Assembly: GCA_003223555.1 (NCBI GenBank)
Contig: QHVM01000085.1
Location: 92,211 to 156,210 of the forward strand
Reading direction: 5' to 3'
DNA from: Acidobacteriota bacterium
Lineage (GTDB): Bacteria > Acidobacteriota > Vicinamibacteria > Fen-336
Length of the DNA stretch: 64,000 nt
Shown here: positions 61,097-64,000 of the stretch, piece after piece
How the letters are laid out: each line of letters opens with the position of its first letter
Numbering within the stretch: the first letter of the stretch is position 1
Translations under genes and position numbers: made by a program
The notes under the pieces: generated by a model
Seen by the model: the letters and a program-made list of their open reading frames with translations, nothing else
Database searches by the model: none
What the model was told of the DNA's origin: nothing

Positions 61097-63988
61097 CTAG
61101 AGTCCCACCGCCCGCCCGGCCTCGTCCTCGGCCGGGAGCCAGAGGATCGCCCGCGTTCCTTCGCGGCCACCGCTCTCGAGGGACACGCCGCCCCCGTGGT
61201 CCTCGGCGATCTTCTTGACCAGGGCCAGGCCGAGTCCGCTGCCGCTGGTCTTCGTGGAGAAGAACGGCTCGAAGATGCGGCTGCGGATCTCGGGATCCAC
61301 CCCCGGGCCCGAATCGCGCACCTCGATCATCACCCGGCGCCGGCCGTCTTCCGACCGCAACCCCACCCTGATCCAGCCGCGCTCGCCCACCGCCTGCAGC
61401 GCGTTCTCGAGCAGGTTGACGATCCCGCGCTCGAGCAGCCGGCGATCGGCCCGCACGCGCGGGACCCCGGGCTCGATCTCCACCACGAGGTGCACCTCCG
61501 GCGGCAGCGCGGACTGGTAGGGCTCGACGACCTCGGCCACGATCGCGGCCGGGTCGTGGGACTCGAGCCCGGGGGAGGGCGGACGGGCGAAAGCGGAGAA
61601 CTCGGTGACCATGCCCCTCAGGATCCGCACCTGCTTCAGGATCGTCTGGGTGCACCCCTCCAGGGTGGCCGCGAAGTCCTCGCTGCGGTCGCGCCAGACG
61701 CGGCGCAGGTGCTCGGCCGAGAGCTGGATGGGCGTGAGCGGGTTCTTCACCTCATGGGCGACCTGGCGGGCCATCTCGGCCCAGGCCGCCAGGCGGTTGC
61801 TGCGCTCGAGGTCCCGCCGCTGGCGCTCGAGGTCGCCCGCCATCTTGTTGAAGGCCTCGACGAGCCTGCGTAGCTCGTCCTGGCTCCGGGTCTCGACGCG
61901 GGCGCCCAGGTCGCCCCCCGCCACGCGTAGCGTGGCCCGGGTGAGGTCGGAGATGGGCCCGGAGATGCGCCGGGCCACCGAGCGCGCCACCACCGCGGCC
62001 AGGACGAGGAACACGAGCGAGGCCAGGCGCATCGTGCGGTCGAGGTCCTCGAGCGCGGATTCCACCTCCCGCTGGCGCAGGGCGAGGGGGATCGAGAGGA
62101 TCCCCGGCTCGGCGCCGTCGAGGCGCACGGGCACCGAGGCCACGTCGTAGGAGAAGTCCCCGATCCGCTCGGTGCGCAGGGCGGAGGGCTGGCCCTCGAG
62201 GACGAGCGCGCGGTAGACCGGCCCCGACACTCGCGGCGCGAGCAGGCCCGAGGAGTACAGCTCGCGCTTGCTCGAGGCGAGCAGCCGGCCGCGGTCGAAC
62301 AGGTCCAGGTCGTTCCGGATGATGCTCGCCACCCAGACGAGCGCCTCGTCGGTGACCGGCTTCTCGCCCGCCGCCTCCGGCCGCTTGTAGTAGGCGTAGT
62401 CGTCGACGATCTTCTTGGCGAAGGCGGCGCGGTCGAGGGCGTCGTCGGCCGCCTCCCGGCGCAGCCGGTCGGACACGAAGTTGCGGACGACGACCTGGAG
62501 CACGATGAGCGCCACCACCGCCACCGCGATGAAGGCCACGAAGAGCCGGACGGCGAACCGGCGGTTGACCTCGCCGGCGATCGAGGGCAGCGACAGGCGG
62601 GACCGGCGCAGGACGGTACGGACGACGGCGACGGCGAGCAGGGCCGCGAGCGCGATGAGGGTGAGCGACGCCGTCGCTTCGAGCAGGTCGGCGGCGAAGC
62701 GGCCGGCGGTGACGGCGGGGAAGGCGAGCGCGTACACGGCGGCGCCTCCGGCAAAGACGTAGGCGTGGTGGGGGACGTCGTCGACGGCGAGGGTGGTCCA
62801 GAAGCCGGGCCGGTCGCCCAGCCGCGCCAAGGCGGCCGCGGAGTCGACCACCGGCGGCCGGCTGGCGGAGCTGAAGACGACGTCGCGCGAGAACGGGTCG
62901 TAGGCGACCAGCGCCACCGGCCGGTCGCGCACCACGCCCCGGGCGGCGGTCCGGAACAGGACCGAATAGGGGTCGCTGCCGCGGAGGAAGCGCAGGTTCC
63001 AGAAGTCGTCGCCGACATCGACCTGTATCGCCCCGTGGACCTCCCCGTGATAGACGAGCCGGTGCCGCGCCCGCAGCACGGTGTGCTCGTCGCTGGCCAC
63101 CGTCACGCGCTCCGAGGAGACCTCCCACGCGTCGGTGGCGGACAGCGGCCGGGCGGGACCGGCGAGCGACGGCAGGTTGAGGGCGAAGCGGCTGAGCACG
63201 GCGCCGGAGGGCGTCTGGATCTCGATGGCCGAGGAGAAGCCGAAAGAGGCCAGGTCGGTGTGCGACCATACGGCGAAGGCGAGCTCCTCCAGGCCGGGGG
63301 GGGCCGGCCCCGGCGGCGTCTCCTCGAGGACGCTCATGCCGTCGATCTGCCGCTCGGTCTCGCGCAGCACGAACTGCCGCCACTGGCCCTGGCGCACGAC
63401 CGCCGGCGCATAGCTGCGCTCGACCTGCAGACGCGTGCTGCGGGCGGCCAGCGAGACGAGAGCAGGATAGAGGTCGAGGGTCAGAGCCGACACGGCGAGG
63501 ACGGCGAAGGCGGCCCGGGCCTCCAGAGGGCGGGCGGCCAGCCAGCCCCGCCACCGCTCGCGCGTCGCCCCGACCGCGGCGCCCATGGCGAGCAGCGCGA
63601 GAGCGCAGCCCATCGGCGCCGCATCGAGGCCGGGCGGCGGGAGCAACCACGCGAGGAGACCGGCCACCGCCGCCGCGGCCACCAGGCTCCGCCGGCCGCC
63701 GCGTCCGGCCGGCGGGCGCCCGGCCAGCGCGAAGAGGGCCGCCGCCGTCATCGCCGCCGCCGCGAGGACCAGCACGAGCGAGACCTGGATCGTAAGGTGG
63801 GCCGGGCTGCGGGGCCCGAGCGGAACCGCCTCGACGTCGAGCGAGCAGTTGGCCACCGTATCGGCCACGAACGCGAAGGCTCCGGCAACGACGGCGTAGC
63901 CGGCCGCGGCGGCGGCCGCCGGGGCCAGCCACGAGACGACGAGCGGCGCCCGTCGCATGCTGCCCGAGAGCAGGACGGCCGCCGCCAT
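61097..63988 (-). CDS. NtrY-like sensor histidine kinase with a large N-terminal membrane/periplasmic region (may extend past the window edge)
   Basis: HisKA H-box HEVKNPLTPIQLSAEHLRR (NtrY-type), HATPase_c (NLLENALQA, DSGPGVD, GSGLGLALVKKI), HAMP-like linker and multiple N-terminal transmembrane helices. Confidence 0.85.
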   Translation of the reverse strand: MAAAVLLSGSMRRAPLVVSWLAPAAAAAAGYAVVAGAFAFVADTVANCSLDVEAVPLGPRSPAHLTIQVSLVLVLAAAAMTAAALFALAGRPPAGRGGRRSLVAAAAVAGLLAWLLPPPGLDAAPMGCALALLAMGAAVGATRERWRGWLAARPLEARAAFAVLAVSALTLDLYPALVSLAARSTRLQVERSYAPAVVRQGQWRQFVLRETERQIDGMSVLEETPPGPAPPGLEELAFAVWSHTDLASFGFSSAIEIQTPSGAVLSRFALNLPSLAGPARPLSATDAWEVSSERVTVASDEHTVLRARHRLVYHGEVHGAIQVDVGDDFWNLRFLRGSDPYSVLFRTAARGVVRDRPVALVAYDPFSRDVVFSSASRPPVVDSAAALARLGDRPGFWTTLAVDDVPHHAYVFAGGAAVYALAFPAVTAGRFAADLLEATASLTLIALAALLAVAVVRTVLRRSRLSLPSIAGEVNRRFAVRLFVAFIAVAVVALIVLQVVVRNFVSDRLRREAADDALDRAAFAKKIVDDYAYYKRPEAAGEKPVTDEALVWVASIIRNDLDLFDRGRLLASSKRELYSSGLLAPRVSGPVYRALVLEGQPSALRTERIGDFSYDVASVPVRLDGAEPGILSIPLALRQREVESALEDLDRTMRLASLVFLVLAAVVARSVARRISGPISDLTRATLRVAGGDLGARVETRSQDELRRLVEAFNKMAGDLERQRRDLERSNRLAAWAEMARQVAHEVKNPLTPIQLSAEHLRRVWRDRSEDFAATLEGCTQTILKQVRILRGMVTEFSAFARPPSPGLESHDPAAIVAEVVEPYQSALPPEVHLVVEIEPGVPRVRADRRLLERGIVNLLENALQAVGERGWIRVGLRSEDGRRRVMIEVRDSGPGVDPEIRSRIFEPFFSTKTSGSGLGLALVKKIAEDHGGGVSLESGGREGTRAILWLPAEDEAGRAVGL

Positions 63989-64000
63989 CGCGACGACGGA

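Overview
This is a 64 kb window of very high-GC (about 70%) bacterial chromosome with dense coding on both strands, most likely from a Gram-negative lineage rich in sigma-54 regulation, TPR proteins and Ser/Thr kinases. Most genes are housekeeping, recognised from sequence motifs: ribF, cysS, yraN, uvrA, gmd, ispG, trmJ-like, tsaC, hflX, mutS, tsaB, rimI, psd/pssA and a degP/hsp20 pair. Also present are two tRNAs (Gly-GCC and Cys-GCA), a partner-switching module, several two-component and c-di-GMP signalling proteins, two ABC transporters and a GMC oxidoreductase pair. Many long antisense ORFs in the six-frame track are high-GC artefacts and are not reported as genes. The features worth a second look are:
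- a previously unrecognised, roughly 35-40 bp intergenic repeat family: a T-arm-like hairpin flanked by 7-bp GCGAGCG direct repeats, in three copies;
- a truncated pfk 5' remnant that ends exactly at one copy of that repeat;
- tandem hairpin repeats in the 5' leader of a small heat-shock gene, a candidate RNA thermometer;
- a Ser/Thr kinase, secreted protein and wHTH-FHA regulator cluster next to a secreted Gln/Arg-rich tandem-repeat protein;
- a B12-binding radical SAM enzyme flanked by a HEAT-repeat lipoprotein and a secreted nuclease;
- stand-alone PilT-N-like and MshEN-REC-TPR proteins;
- apparent 1-nt frameshifts in the essential genes cysS and tsaB, plus two genes lacking canonical start codons, which most likely reflect assembly indels.
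No CRISPR array, intact mobile element or obvious defence system was recognised. Hand-derived coordinates can be off by 1-2 nt.
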